This document shows positions 1-13,057 of a DNA stretch of 64,000 bases, piece by piece. This DNA is from Octopus sinensis (taxonomy: Eukaryota), in NCBI RefSeq assembly GCF_006345805.1, contig NC_043010.1, positions 39,308,001 through 39,372,000 of the forward strand, read 5' to 3'. The translations under genes and the position numbers were made by a program. The number at the start of each line of letters is the position of its first letter. Position 1 is the first letter of the stretch. The notes under the pieces are model-generated. The model searched no databases, was not told where the DNA came from, and was given only the letters and a program-made list of their open reading frames with translations.

Positions 1-523
1 TCGATCTGTATGTAAGAAGCAAAACGACTGGCATCTCCATGGCCACACAATAAACAAAAAAACAGTTTATGGAGCTTTTGAGGGAGCCCTGGAAAAGATT
101 TTGTCACAAACGTTCAGAGTTCTTCCACTCGGGTCAGTAACGCCTACACTGGAACAATGAACCAGTTCACAGTTCCATCCTAGTAAGCAACTACTCGACA
201 GAGGTGGGCATCAAGGCTATTTCTTGTCACCCCTACATTTCAGACATTGTTCTCTATGAATTTTTGGTTGTTTTTAAAGCTGAAACAGAAACTCAAGAGC
301 AGCCATTTTGAAGATATTGAGAAGATGAAGGGTGCTTGTGAAAAGGATCCTGGGCACAATCGCTTTGTAGTATTTCCATGGGGCTTCACAGAATTGCTGA
401 AGTGTTACAAGTGCATTGATGTCAGAGGATACTACTTTTGAAGACACTATAATTTTCTGCTTCTTTGAAATTAATAAATATCTCTCTTGAAAAGGTCTCA
501 AAACTTCGAGAATGCACCTTGTT
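1..523 (+). mobile_element. Degenerate mariner transposase C-terminus and probable right end
   Basis: Reading across frameshifts gives HP..S/D...FWLFLKLKQKLKSSHFEDIEKMK and FHG..ELLKCYKCIDVRGYYFE. This matches the mariner C-terminus (HPPYSPDLAP.DF.LF..LK..L.G..F / CI...G.YFE). Confidence 0.8.
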
Positions 524-1469
524 TATGAGACAAGCTTTCTCAAAGTTTTCGTCGATTTGCACTCAAAGTAGAAGACACGTATCCAAGATGAAGAAGTGGG
601 ACTGGAAACGAAACCATGTTGCAAGGATGCGTTTTGGTTTCGGTTGGTGCGTTTGCCAATCACATTTTCACGGTACTTCGAACTTTCAGATAACGAAGTG
701 TTCTAGCTTCACATGATGTTCGTCAAACAGAGCACTTAACACAAGCACGCATATATTGTTCTATAGCCATGGCTGCGGTTATTTTTGACTTCATCGATTA
801 TCGTTGTGGATAAAGAAGAGCAGTTCTTCTGTTTATCTTTTTCTTATGATATTCATTTTTACTGTTGTTTTTATAAACGTTAATCTTTCTCTATTGTTTT
901 CTATTTTACAATTTCGTTTGTTCTTTTCATTGTTGAGGCTATCGTTGTTTTCTATTCATGTTTCCGTTTCGTTCTTTATATATTTTCTTCTATGAATTTA
1001 TGTCGACTTACTCTCTTTACTTCGTTTTACGTTTGTTTTGGCTTGTGGTCAGTTACATCTGAATTTTAACGACAATTGATTTTTTAAAAATGATTAATGT
1101 CGTTTATAAAATACAGTAAAGATAAACCGGAAAACAAAATAGATTTTATTTTGCGATGGGGAGTTCATTCTAGAGAAAGGTGTAGCAATGTTCAAGAGAT
1201 AAGCGTTTGTGCTTATCGTGTGTATGTGTGTGTTCGGTTGTGGGCTGAGATAAACAAAAAGGGAGAAAAGTGGAAAGTGTGAAGCTGTGGCTCTCAGGCT
1301 TTGCCGTACTTTTTGTTGCAAGGCATATGCGGTTGGTGAGTTTATCAATGACAACAGTTTCATGTTATTTCTAACTTTCAGATAACGGAGTGTTCCAGTT
1401 TCATATAATTTTCGTGAAAATAATCAGCATACACACATCCGGAGAAAGCCATTTGACGGTACGTTGTCA

Positions 1470-2320
1470 GTATCATCAGCTTCAATGCCAGTCCCTACTT
1501 TAATACAAGCTGACATAATTTAGAAGTTAGGAATTTTCAAGTTGCTGTCTATGCACCTCTTGCCAGGGACCTGCCGACTACCAGCTCCGATCCACAGAAA
1601 ACTTGCACGATAGCACACATCAGTAAATGTACAAAGAAACACATTTACAATTTATATCCTCGTAATCCAAAATTTACGGTTGCTTTGAATGCGGTTGACA
1701 ATAGCTAAAAAATAAACAACACCATTCACGAACTGGAAAAAGAGCGTTTGTCAGGGTCAGATAATATTTGGTGCATACTTTGAGAACATACTCTCCATTG
1801 GATCTGAGATTATCGATTAGTTTTTGCTAAATTATCTCCTTTAATCATTCCCTAGACTTGTATTAAAATCTCAGTATCGATACGTAATGTCTCATAGAAT
1901 TCCTAATTCTGTTCGAATGCAACCATCCGAAAGTAAACGCACTTACTATTGAAATTCATGTTAGCGCTCGACAAATCTTTATTAACGTATCGAATAATAG
2001 GAACAGGGAATCGAGATTCGGTTGCTGAGAGCAGTTTTCGCGATGGCTACGCGATATTCGTTCCACTTGGTAAAACGTCTACATTTCCTAACCAGAAACT
2101 AGTTTTGTTCTGATAACTTTCATTCTCTTCTCAGACGTTGTTTTCAGCCAGAAATACATAGTGTATATCTTACAGAAATCACTTATCAACCATCGCAGTT
2201 CTACATTCAGGCATTCCAGAATTAGGATCCATCCACAAATTTCTAGTGTCCCAGGAATCAAAAATTAGTTTGACTTGTTCAATTTCTACGTTTCACAGAA
2301 ATGAAACTTCTGCCAGGTGT
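1470..2320 (+). pseudogene. iGluR/NMDA-like receptor remnant, copy A (M3-S2-M4 part)
   Basis: Motifs in order: VAVYAPLA (1541, M3-like); RNPKFTVA (1661); LLKFMLALDKSLLTYRIIGTG...FRDGYAIFVPLGKTS (~1945-2080, cf. C.L.TIG.G..F...GYGIA.PKGS); FHSLLRRCF...QPSQFYIQAF (2118-2216, cf. pre-M4 SSQLDIDN). Stops and frameshifts lie between the blocks. Confidence 0.55.
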
Positions 2321-2573
2321 ATATCCGAGTCTACTTAAATTAAGTTGCATACACTGTTTTCCTCTCGCTCATCTTATCTAGATTAGAACAGGTAGTACAA
2401 TTTCTAAACAAGGCGGCCTGGTCATTTGAATAACAGATTGAGCAGCTGCCCATATTCCGCTCATCCATGACAAATACAGTTCCCGGTGTTTACTGCATTT
2501 CCATAAAATTTTATATGAATGGTGGGACACCTTTCTAAACAATTCAAAGATATTCATTTACTTTCCTTTGTAG

Positions 2574-2693
2574 GAAAAAATTTCTAGCAAAACTGAACTA
2601 CTTGCTAAGAAACTACAAAATATTTCCAAATGCAAGTGTGGATTTTCTTTTAAGACCGGGAACAATACGGTTTTCACTTTGTAATATATCCAG
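2574..2693 (+). CDS. Candidate 120-nt exon of unknown product, possibly the C-terminal tail of copy A
   Basis: Pyrimidine-rich acceptor ttcatttactttcctttgtag|G and donor CAG|gtaaga. One frame reads open: KKFLAKLNYLLRNYKIFPNASVDFLLRPGTIRFSLCNIS. No family motif recognised. Confidence 0.3.
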
Positions 2694-2842
2694 GTAAGAT
2701 CTATAGAGCAGCGTGTGACACATTTCATCACATTCGTGATGATGATCATAGCAACAACGACAATAATAATAAAAGAAAAGAATGACAATAATAACAAGAA
2801 TATTTATCATCATAATCATCGCCATTCTCAGCATCATCAGCA

Positions 2843-3240
2843 TAGGGGCTGTGGATTGGCAGAATTGCTATTTGTTCCAGCTCTTTACGTTCTGGTTTCT
2901 AATCCCAGCAAGTCAAGATAGTTGTTCATAGTTTCGGGGGCTGGCAGAAACGTTAGCACGCTGGGCGAAATGCTTAGCGGTATTCCGTCTGCCGTTACGT
3001 TCTGAGTTCAAATTCCACCGAGGTCGACTTTGCCTATCATATTTTCGGGGTCGATAAATTAAGTACTAGTTACGCACTGGGGTCGATGTAATCGACCTAA
3101 TCCCTTTGTCTGCCCTTGATTGTTCCTTTTATGTTTAGCCATAAAAAATATGTGAGCCATAAAAAATAAGTTTCCGGATCGATAACTATGTAGTACCACT
3201 CAAGTGCAGGGGTCGTTGTTTTACACTACATCGTCCCGTC
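2843..3240 (+). mobile_element. MetaSINE-like SINE (2938-3170) nested in an older copy of the same family
   Basis: The inner copy has a tRNA-like head (gctggcagaaacgttagc...gagttcaaattcc) and the central domain gaggtcgactttgcctatcat..ttcggggtcgataaattaagtac. Degenerate halves of the same consensus flank it. Confidence 0.75.
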
Positions 3241-3483
3241 AAACATGTCTTGTGCCTAAATCATCACGATCACCATCATCATCATCATCGTCTTCGTCAC
3301 TGCCATTTTTGTTTTGATTACTTGAGAGTTTACCCTGATTACCAGCATCTTTGTGTGTTTGTGTGTCGCATTGTGATCTAGGAGTTTAAAATATTTGTTC
3401 GACGGCTTATTCTCTTTTGTCAGCGAATCACTTGAGAGATTCATCTGATATTTTATAGGAAAATATTCTCTCTCTCTCTCTCT

Positions 3484-3906
3484 CTTTTACTCTTTTACTC
3501 TCTCTCTCTCTCTCTTTTACTTGTTTCAGTCATTTGACTGCGGCCATGCTGGAGCACCGCCTTTAGTCGAGCAAATCGACCCCAGGACTTATTCTTTGTA
3601 AGCCCAGTACTTATTCTATCGGTCTCTTTTGCCGAACCGCTAAGTGACGGGGACGTAAACACACCAGCATCGGTTGTCAAGCAATGCTAGGGGGACAAAC
3701 ACAGACACACAAACACACACATACATATATATATACATATATATACGACAGGCTTCTTTCAGTTTCCGTCTACCAAATCCACTCACAAGGCATTGGTCGG
3801 CCCAGGGCTATAGCAGAAGACTCTTGCCCAAGATGCCACGCAGTGGGACTGAACCCGGAATCATGTGGTTGGTTAGCAAGCTACTTACCACACAGCCACT
3901 CCTGCG
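3484..3906 (-). mobile_element. tRNA-derived SINE family A, full length
   Basis: The minus strand begins cgcaggagtggctgtgtggtaagtagc (A box) ...gggttcagtccc (B box), then CORE-like cttgggcaag, an internal (TA)n/(TG)n tract and a (gtaaaaga)n tail. At least 11 other copies are in the window. Confidence 0.9.
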
Positions 3907-4894
3907 TAAAATGTTTTTACTTTTTATTGATCCTTCATTTTGATTTGGAAGTGTTGTATAAATTGACTTCTGTCATTGATTGGCTATACGGAAAAATATT
4001 ACTGAAATATTTGCATCAACCAATAACTGTATAAAATATGAACGGCTTGAGTCACATTAATTTATTTGATGGAGATCATTGTGCATGTCTTAATTTTTGT
4101 AATCACTGCTATTCACGCCAAGATCTCTTTACAGTCAGTGCAAGTAGATTTACATATGTGAGATGCATTGCCAGAATTCACTGTTAAAATTTCATTCTAC
4201 TTTTATCTATTTCCTTAATGGCGGGCGAGGGGAGCGAATCAGAGTCTTTGTTTTTCTGATCAAAATGTGGAGACAGGCATTTGCAACGTGAGAAATATTA
4301 AGCTTCAGAGGGTGATCATTTATGGCAATAAGCAATAAGCTAGACATCAATCTTCTGACATGGAAGTGAAATGTCACGTTAATAGAATAGGCACCGTTTC
4401 AAAAGAACGGCAATATCGAGAAGAGCAATTCTTAAGATGTAATTAGCTTCAAACCAGTGATTTATGCGCGTTCATTTAGTAATTAACTTTCAGAGAAATT
4501 GATTGTAAAGATGCGAACTGAAAAGATCAGTTTGTAATTACGTTATCTGAGCGCTTAAGACAAGTCAGAGCAAATGCTACAAGCTAATAGCCGCAGAATC
4601 GTCTCACTAACAATTATATTTCTAAAGGGCTACACCTAGTGGGCAATTTCCATTTCCTTCGATTTGTGGTTCTAGTTGAAATATTATGTCAAGTCATAGT
4701 GATTAGAGACACATAAATCTTTTCCACGTTAGTTATCATATGTAAAGACATTAAACAATTACAAGACGTGCTTATATATACATCTCTATATAAAAATCTG
4801 TGTATAATTATGTAAATATACGTAGACACACCTTCAATACACACACACACACAGACAAACACAAATACAGCCACAAGTACACAAACACACACAT

Positions 4895-5046
4895 CTGTAT
4901 ATACACTCATATATATATATATGTATATATATATATGTATATATATATTATATATATATATATATATATAATATATATATATATATTATATATATATGTA
5001 CATATATATATATATATTATATATATATATATATACATATACATAT

Positions 5047-5077
<31 letters not shown>

Positions 5078-5103
5078 TCATATATATATACATTTATATA
5101 TAC

Positions 5104-5143
<40 letters not shown>

Positions 5144-5152
5144 TTATCTATA
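4895..5152. repeat. (TA)n microsatellite
   Basis: Seen directly. Confidence 0.95.
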
Positions 5153-5509
5153 TACAGACACACATATATTAAGTATATAAATAATGTATCGTTCTCAACT
5201 TTATATTGTGTTATAAATTGATATTTTAAAGTTAATGTAGGTATGTACGTTCCAAGCTTTTGCCTATAGTTTTGCGCCGCGCTAACCGAAATTTAACTTA
5301 GCAGTCCAACTTACTACGCTTATGTAATTTCCTATCATCATGATTATTTATAAATTTCTGTTATTAGAAATTTTCATTTTGTAACGACCATCTCTCATCA
5401 TTATATACTTTATTGCATCTTCATGCATCCGTGTAGATATAGAATACAGTATGGAAAAGGAATTTTAACTAATGAAACTTTCTATTGATTTTATAACTTC
5501 ATTCTCAAT

Positions 5510-5628
5510 GGGCAAGGGTGTTCTACAATAGCCTCAGACTGACCAAAGCCTTGTGTGTGGATTTGATAAACGGAAATGGAATGAAACCTATCGTATATAT
5601 ATATATATATAATTATATTTACATACAC

Positions 5629-5723
<95 letters not shown>

Positions 5724-5960
5724 TTATTTTCATGTGTATATATATATATACGTATGTGTGTGTGTGTCATTGAGTCTGTGTTTCTTCCTCCCACCATCGC
5801 TTGACGACCATGTTGGTACGTTTGCGTTCCGAGACCTCGCGTTTCGGCAGCAGGAGAACGATAGAACAAGGACTAGGCTTACAAAGAAGTCTTGAAAACA
5901 AACTCTTCAAGGCGGTGCTTCAGCATGACCGCAGTCAAATATCTGAAACAAGTAAAGAAA
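5510..5960 (+). mobile_element. SINE family A, 5'-truncated and diverged
   Basis: Matches the family A body and tail; internal (TA)n is expanded. Confidence 0.85.
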
Positions 5961-6779
5961 AAAAAAGAGAATTCAAAAATATACCACATACATGTGTTCA
6001 GAACAGGAAATGTTAAACGACCGAAAAATGAGTCAAAATAAATATTTTTTTATGGGTTATTTACTATTTCAATATATTTATTTCTAAAGATAAGAAAATT
6101 TATCGAATATCACATTAAATGATAGAAAAGGTAATTTGGAACCCAATTAGAGTTTCTTGTAAGAATACACGTAAATATTTTAAATCCTTTGATTGTGTAT
6201 ATAAACTTCATACTGGTTATGCCACTATTAATGTTAACTGCACACCATAAAATATAATTGATACTTTCTACGTAGGTACGTCTTCATTAACTCATAGAGG
6301 TATGTTTTTATAGACAAAAGGTATTTGATTCCTTGTCTGTAAAGTGATATTTGAGGAAATATGAACAAAAAGTCTGTAAATGTGCAAATATTCTCTCTGC
6401 TAAGAAGTCTCATTAAACGTATCTGCGCTTCTTATGACATTATTCTCATGAAAACCGTTGTGTAAAACTGCTTTCCGTAGTTAATGATAATATATGTTTG
6501 AGCTCATATGCTCGCAATCTGTGTTCAAGCGGTTAAAAAATATTTGTGAAGGTGATATTGTGAGAAAAATATAAAAGCACAAAGACGAGATAAAAACAAA
6601 CAAAATGTATTAGACTTATGCAAATTAGAAAAATTAAGATGAAAAATTGTTTACGTTTCGAGCATAAACCCTGACAATCCAAGTCTGACAATTCAAGTAA
6701 ACATATCTGAAAATGATAAATATGTTCTTAAATCTTTGTGAGATGAAAATACCGTTAAACATATAGGGAATTTAACTAT

Positions 6780-6952
6780 CGCAGAAGTGGTTGTGTGTTA
6801 AGTAGCTTGCTTACCAATCATGTGGTTCTGGGTTCAGTCCTACTGCGTGGCACCTTGGACAATTGTCTTCTACTATAGCCTCGAGCCGAACAAAGCCTTG
6901 TGAGTGGATTTGGTAGACGGAAACTGAAAGAAGCCCGTCGTACATATGTATG

Positions 6953-7010
<58 letters not shown>

Positions 7011-7238
7011 TGTGTGTGTATGTATGTTTGTGTCACTGTATTTGTCCCCCAAACATCGCTTGACAACCGATGATGCTGTGTTTATGTCCCCGTAACTTAG
7101 CGTTTCGACCGATAGAATAAGTACTAGGTTTACAAAGAACAAGTCCGGGGGGGGGGGCGATTTACTCGACTAAGGGCGGTGCTCCAGTATGGCCGCTGTC
7201 AACAGACTGAAACAAGTAAAAGAATAAAAGAGAGAGAG
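6780..7238 (+). mobile_element. SINE family A
   Basis: Head, body, internal (TA)n(TG)n and tail all match. Confidence 0.9.
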
Positions 7239-7464
7239 AGTATCAGATGCTGAAATATACGCAATATGTAATTCTTGCCATGTCTGAAGGCGTATTGTGA
7301 CGGTTGAAACAGGATGAAAGTCAATTTCCTTACAACACAGATTCGAACAAACATTACTTGTGATGATACAGCGTAGCATGTTCAAAGATACACCAGCTTG
7401 TGATACATTCCTTAATGATTTATAATGGCTTGTATACCATCTTCTATACCTGAATACTTTTGTA

Positions 7465-7800
7465 TCTATAGAAGTCTCAATTTGTCTTTGTGTGGAATGC
7501 TGTTGTCATATTTGGGTAAGAGCACCATATTGGTACATGGATCAAATCGACCTGGTTCACAAGCAAGCCTCTATCATTGCTCTCTCAGATGATTCAACAC
7601 TGTAACTCTGGTCACAGCAACCTGATGTCGCCAGTCTTAATCTCTTCGATCGTCACTGCTACAGGAAGTGTTCCGATGAACTTATTCTCTTATCTCCAGA
7701 TCACTTTGTATCATATCGCCTGACTCGAAAATCACACCGTCTTCATCTAAATGCTGTTGAACTTTCCCAAATATGGATGTCATTCTACGGTTGTAGGTTC
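7465..7800 (+). mobile_element. CR1-group (Zenon-like) LINE RT C-terminal fragment
   Basis: Reads VECCCHIWVRAP..DQIDLVHKQA...L*LWSQQPDVASLNLFDRHCYRKCSDEL, cf. MEYCSHLWAGAP..LDR.Q..A...L.PL..RRDVASL..FYR...G.CS.EL. Confidence 0.7.
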
Positions 7801-9556
7801 TTCCTTCGAAATGTCAGACTTTCGAACTCTCTTCAGTTTTATTGTTCTCCTCCTCCTTACGGTATTTTACCAATGTGCCACGCATTGGTATCGAACCGGA
7901 TTGGACTTCACGGATGCGAAGGAAACTTTTTTCACTCTACAATAATATGTATGCAGGTGTGTATTTGTAAATTAGCGAAAGTTTTTGTAAAATTTAAATA
8001 CAAAAGAGAATTGTAAATTAAATTTAGGATAAAATTATAATTCATTAACAGATGCACAGCAACGCAGAAATTTATTAGTCGAAGAATTCCTCGCCAAACG
8101 AAATGAAAATGTAATGAAAATTACAATTACAAAAAAAGAAAAACAGCAATGAATATTGGTCTGAGAATTCACGTAAACGTATTTGAAAATGCTAAGATAA
8201 ATATGGTTTGAAATCTTTGCAATAAGGAGAAATAACGTTAAAAATGTAGAGTCTTTAACTATTAGATGCCAAAATATACATAATATATACTGTCTGCCAT
8301 GTCTGCAGGAATTTCATAGTATTATGGCCGTTGAAGCAAGATGAAAGACAGTTCTCATACAACGCGGTTTCGAACAAAAATTTATTTCTAATTGTTTGCT
8401 CGATAAAGTAATTACTTGAGAAAACAATTACCACAGAAGACTAGTACTAGTTTCATTGAAATCACTTTTATATAGCGACGCAATACAAATAGAATGTGGG
8501 ATTTCTCTTAATAAGCAACCGAAATTAATACAATAACACATCTTTGCAAAATTTGTTGAATCGAGAGAAAGCGAAGACATGAACCTAAGACAATCTCTCA
8601 CAACGTATTTTCTTGCGTTTATACTACACTTTACCAGATGGTTTTGCTCGTGTACAATTTTCAAATAATTAAACATGTCGTCTTATCCTTCTATAAATCA
8701 TTCAGTTTCTCGATTTCAGATGTTATTTGGGAATAATGTGTGTGTGTGGAAGACAAATATGTGTATCCGTTTGAGTGTCTGAATGGCTATAAAGGAACAT
8801 CAGAAAAAGTCGAGAAAAAATTGAATTAAAATATCTGTAAATTAGATATTTAAACAAAAATGTATCCTCTTTTGATTTGTACGTGCGCTGTACAAAGAAA
8901 CTGAGCTTTATTATTTCTACAATCATGCATTTAAATATTTGCTGACTATGCTTTTTGTTACCTATTGGCGAAATTCATTGAGTTTTTTTCTCTAATAATA
9001 TGACGACTTTATTCTGCCATTTTCGACGATATTCTTGGATTTTGACAAAATCAGTATCATTAAAAAGCAAAATTGTATTTCTAAATTCTCGTCGTTGTCC
9101 TTGTGATTAATCTGTCCTCACATCTGCTTCTTCCATAATTATTTTTCTTTATTTCCGTTAGCAAATTTTCTGTTCAAATAACTTCTTTGTATTTCCTCTA
9201 CACCTGCTAATCATATCTGTAATTTTTAATCTAAATATTCATTCTAGTCATAACTCTAAAAATATTTTAATATTTTTTCCGTGTTTTTCTCATTTAATTG
9301 ACTTTCACTAGACTTTCACATATATTCATATTTTCATATATAATTTTGCCGTTTCTTCAATATTTTGTATATATTTTTTACTGATTAATTTCTGCCTTAT
9401 ATCCAACATCTTCTCTCATTCTCACTTTATTTCTCTTTTTCTTTCTCTTTTTCACCGTCTTAATATTCATTCTAATTTCCCTATTTTATTGTCCTCTTTA
9501 AATATTTCATTTTTTATATTACAATTTCTTCCAAATATCATATTTCTTTTACACGC

Positions 9557-9568
9557 CTACTACTGCTG

Positions 9569-9625
<57 letters not shown>

Positions 9626-9967
9626 AACTACTACTACTACTACTAAACTACTACTACTACTAAAATTATTTCTACTTCTTCTACTACCTCTTCTCCTCCC
9701 CTACTTCTCCTCCTCTTCCTCCTCCTCATTCTTCTCCTCCCCTACTCCTCTTCCACCTTCTTCTTCTTTTTCTCCTACTCCATCTTCTTATTCGTCGTCT
9801 TCTTCTTCTTCTTCTTCTTCTTCTTCTACTTCTTCAGCTTCTATTTCTTCTCCTTCTTTTTCTCCTACTCCATCTTCTTCTTATTCGTCGTTTTCTTCTT
9901 CTTCTCCTTCTTCTTCTTCTTCTTCTTCTTCTTCTTCTTCTTCTTCTTCTCTTCTTCTTCTTCTTCT
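9557..9967. repeat. Compound trinucleotide microsatellite (CTA)n/(CTC)n/(CTT)n
   Basis: Seen directly; includes a short internal duplication at ~9768 and ~9858. Confidence 0.95.
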
Positions 9968-10684
9968 GTTTCTACAACTACTACCATTCCTTCTCCTCTT
10001 GCTACTGCAGCACGAGTTTTTATTTTACCTTTCTAAGTTTTCATTCTTCAGGTTTTTCTTTTCTTCTTTTTTCATACCCAATTTCTATACACAGTCAGTA
10101 TCCCGTTAACATCTATAACACCTCAACACCATAAGGAGGGGTAAGTGGGCAAAATTTCGAAAATTCTAATTTTTGGCAATTTTCCGGAATCTCCGTATCC
10201 GAAAAGCTGCGTTTTTGGCAAAGATAAATTTTAAAAAACCAATAATTTGCAAGAAATTGGGGAGGGGGAAGTCATTCCGAAAATAGTAGCTGAAAAACAG
10301 GAAAAAAAACCTACAAGATCTAGAAATGCACGACCGATTATGGTGGTACCATGAAGTAAACATGCTTCAGATACACTCGTTTATTCATACGAATATGTCA
10401 TAAATAACAGTGACAAACGAAATATACACCACCGGAAGTTCTTGTTGACTAACAACAGCAGTAATTTTATTCAGCTAAATACACGTCATTGATTGGTTGA
10501 TATTACCGAAATGCGACAACTTTCACACGAAATAAATTCGAAAATAGAAACTTTTCTCAACAACACTAAGAGTAAAAGATGTTCTATATGACATATTCTA
10601 CCAGTATACGACGTTTCAAAGTGTTTAGTTAAAGAACATTAATTAATCGAGTTGCCCATCAAAAGGAAAAGATCCTATATATAT

Positions 10685-10737
<53 letters not shown>

Positions 10738-11559
10738 TATACATATAAATATATGTGTGTGTGTGTGTGTGTGTGTGTATTACATGTACGTACTTGTTGC
10801 GTATATTTTTAGTTTTAGAGCTGCTTACTCCCTTTTCATTGTTCTACTTCTTGCTTTACTTCTTTCTTCTCTTACATACATGCATCCATGCTCGTACATA
10901 TGCATACATACATATATATATATATACATATTTAACAGCTGGAGTCATTGCTATGGCATCCATGCTCCCGATACTTAATCCCGTGATGTACACGGTCCGA
11001 GTAGCGAAATATGTATGTTTTTTTTTGTGAATGAATAACATCGTATCTCTTTACTTGCGCCGTCACAGTGTGTTCGCTTGATATAATAGTTGTGTCTAAC
11101 ACACGACGGATTGGTAACTTTCGTTTTAGAACCTACCTCGTTCAGGGCTACCGTCGACCTTCGGACTAAATATCGACGAATTTGCGATACATGGATTGGT
11201 CAAAGGATAAGTGACCTTGCCTCTAAACCACCTACACGAAACGTAACGTTTCCCAAATAATTAAACTATCCAATCTGTAGATTTCCCTCCGTCACTGTAT
11301 GATGATTTAAAAATTGTTTCTACTGTCTTGAGAAGTTCTTTAGCATGCAATCTTTGGCTAACATGAATCGGATGTTATGAGACTGTATGGATATTTCTAA
11401 TCTATTACGTAATATTGAATGACTGTAATTTGTTATGACTCATGAACAATTATTGGGCGAGTAATTACATGTGAGTGTGTTGCGGATACACATATACGTG
11501 TGTGTGAATATGTTTTTAATTTAATGTATGCATGTCTCTGACCATCAGGCGGCCCATCG

Positions 11560-12300
11560 GATTCGTCGAGTGCAGTCGTAATGCCACGAGTTACGTCTTT
11601 GTTTCCCAGTGCTTCTCTCCTCTTCGTCGCTTTTTGCAATGGCTGAAACGAAAGTATAGATTTCTTTCGTGAAATTCTGTTTTCTCCTGGGGGAAAACAT
11701 CGCTGAAACAGTCATCATGCTTCAAACTGTTTACAAGAACGCTGCCATGAGCAAAACACAGTTTACGAATGGTTTTCGCACTTTAGAAATGGTTACTTAT
11801 CGTTTCATAACCAACCTCTTTCAGGGCTAAAGTCGACCTCCGGACTAAATGAAATATGAACAGACCTTAGAGGACAGTCAACAAGCAATTGACGAACTTT
11901 TAACATGACTGGTGTGACCTGGAGCTCCTGCCAACGAATTTTGAGCGAGGAATTTTTTATTGAAAATAGTTGCAGCAAAATTTGTGTTTCACTGCTCACG
12001 GAAGATCAAAAGCAGTCACGAATGTTTGAGTAGCGTGAACTGAAAGAACAGCTGGAAATTGATCCGGACCCTTTTATCTACATTTTTCGTTGCCATGAAT
12101 GAAAAATGTCCTTAAAGAAAAACTTTTGGCAGATGTGGGAGAGGGGAAGGAAAAACAACGGAGGCGTTAAAAGGTATCACGTCGCAAAAGTTCCAAGACT
12201 GCTTCGAACATTGGAAAACGTGTATTGCTTCAGATGGAGAATACTTCGTAGGTGATAAGAGTAAAAACGTAAAACTAAGTGAATAAAATATTGCCTCATA
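11560..12300 (+). mobile_element. Internally deleted mariner element
   Basis: From the ATG at 11639, across frameshifts: MAETK..VKFCFLLG...AETVIMLQTVYKNAAMSKT.VYEWFSHFRNG. The C-terminus reads FQDCFEHWKTCIASDGEYFVGDK. The catalytic core is mostly missing. Confidence 0.85.
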
Positions 12301-12316
12301 TGTATGTATATATTAT

Positions 12317-12792
12317 TGTCAGGTCACTTTCGAGTGCTACTGGTAACATGTAACCCACTACCTGTTGCATGGTCGGGTCGTCGGTGACTAAACCGGCAAC
12401 CCCACCAAGCTTGCTTGGTGAGGAGGCTGTTTATTGGACACCCTGCGGGATGAAAAACAAAATTCCTCAAAGGGCGGAGGAACTCTTGAGAGTGACTAGC
12501 CATCCAATAAATGACTTAAGGCTGTATCATGCGCGGGGACATAGAAATAATCGGACTGAATACCCGATCGCGCGGTGAAGGACTCCTATCCTTTGTTAGG
12601 GCATCCTTCTAGGAGAAGGTACCTCAGGTAACTGGGATAACTCCGACATAAAACCTGCGGTTCAGTGGTTACCGATGATTATGGCTGCTGTTGCTTAGTG
12701 AGTGAGATTGACTCAGTGCACAGCCTTTCCTCACTTACAACATTGATTAAGCTTCCTGCAATGGCCATATTCAATAACGAGGGGCAGCCACC
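12317..12792 (+). mobile_element. GC-richer interspersed repeat resembling an RTE 5' UTR or an RTE-derived non-autonomous element
   Basis: Contains gcatccttctaggagaagg (RTE 5' UTR-like) and structured hairpins. No ORF with recognisable homology. Confidence 0.4.
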
Positions 12793-12821
12793 ATATATAT
12801 ATATATGCATGTATGTGTGTA

Positions 12822-13026
12822 TACTCTTTAGTCTTTTAATTATTTCAGTCATTTGGCTGTGGCCATGATGGAGCACCGCAAATCGACCCCAGGACCTATT
12901 CTTTATAAGCTTAGAACTTATTCTATCGGTTCTTTTGCCGAACTGCTAAGTTACGGGGGCGTAAACTCACCAGCATCGGTTGTCAAGCGATGTTGGGGGG
13001 GGGTGCAAACGCAGACACACAAACAT

Positions 13027-13057
<31 letters not shown>

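Noticed and set aside
2176-2316. Reading NHLSTIAVLHSG... as a Venus-flytrap exon
   Set aside because: The alternative frames fit S2-preM4-M4 in the correct order after GYAIFVP, which explains the region better.
6276-6299. 24-nt micro-exon phase-compatible with 10939
   Set aside because: The splice signals are plausible, but it is too short to support without RNA data.
8950-9540. Possible minus-strand LINE remnant
   Set aside because: T-rich low-complexity sequence with no recognisable motif.
10939-11012. GPCR TM7 exon suggested by NPVMY (NPxxY)
   Set aside because: No other GPCR helices were found, and the downstream blocks fit an iGluR ATD. The exon's identity remains uncertain, and its phase does not join 13521 directly.
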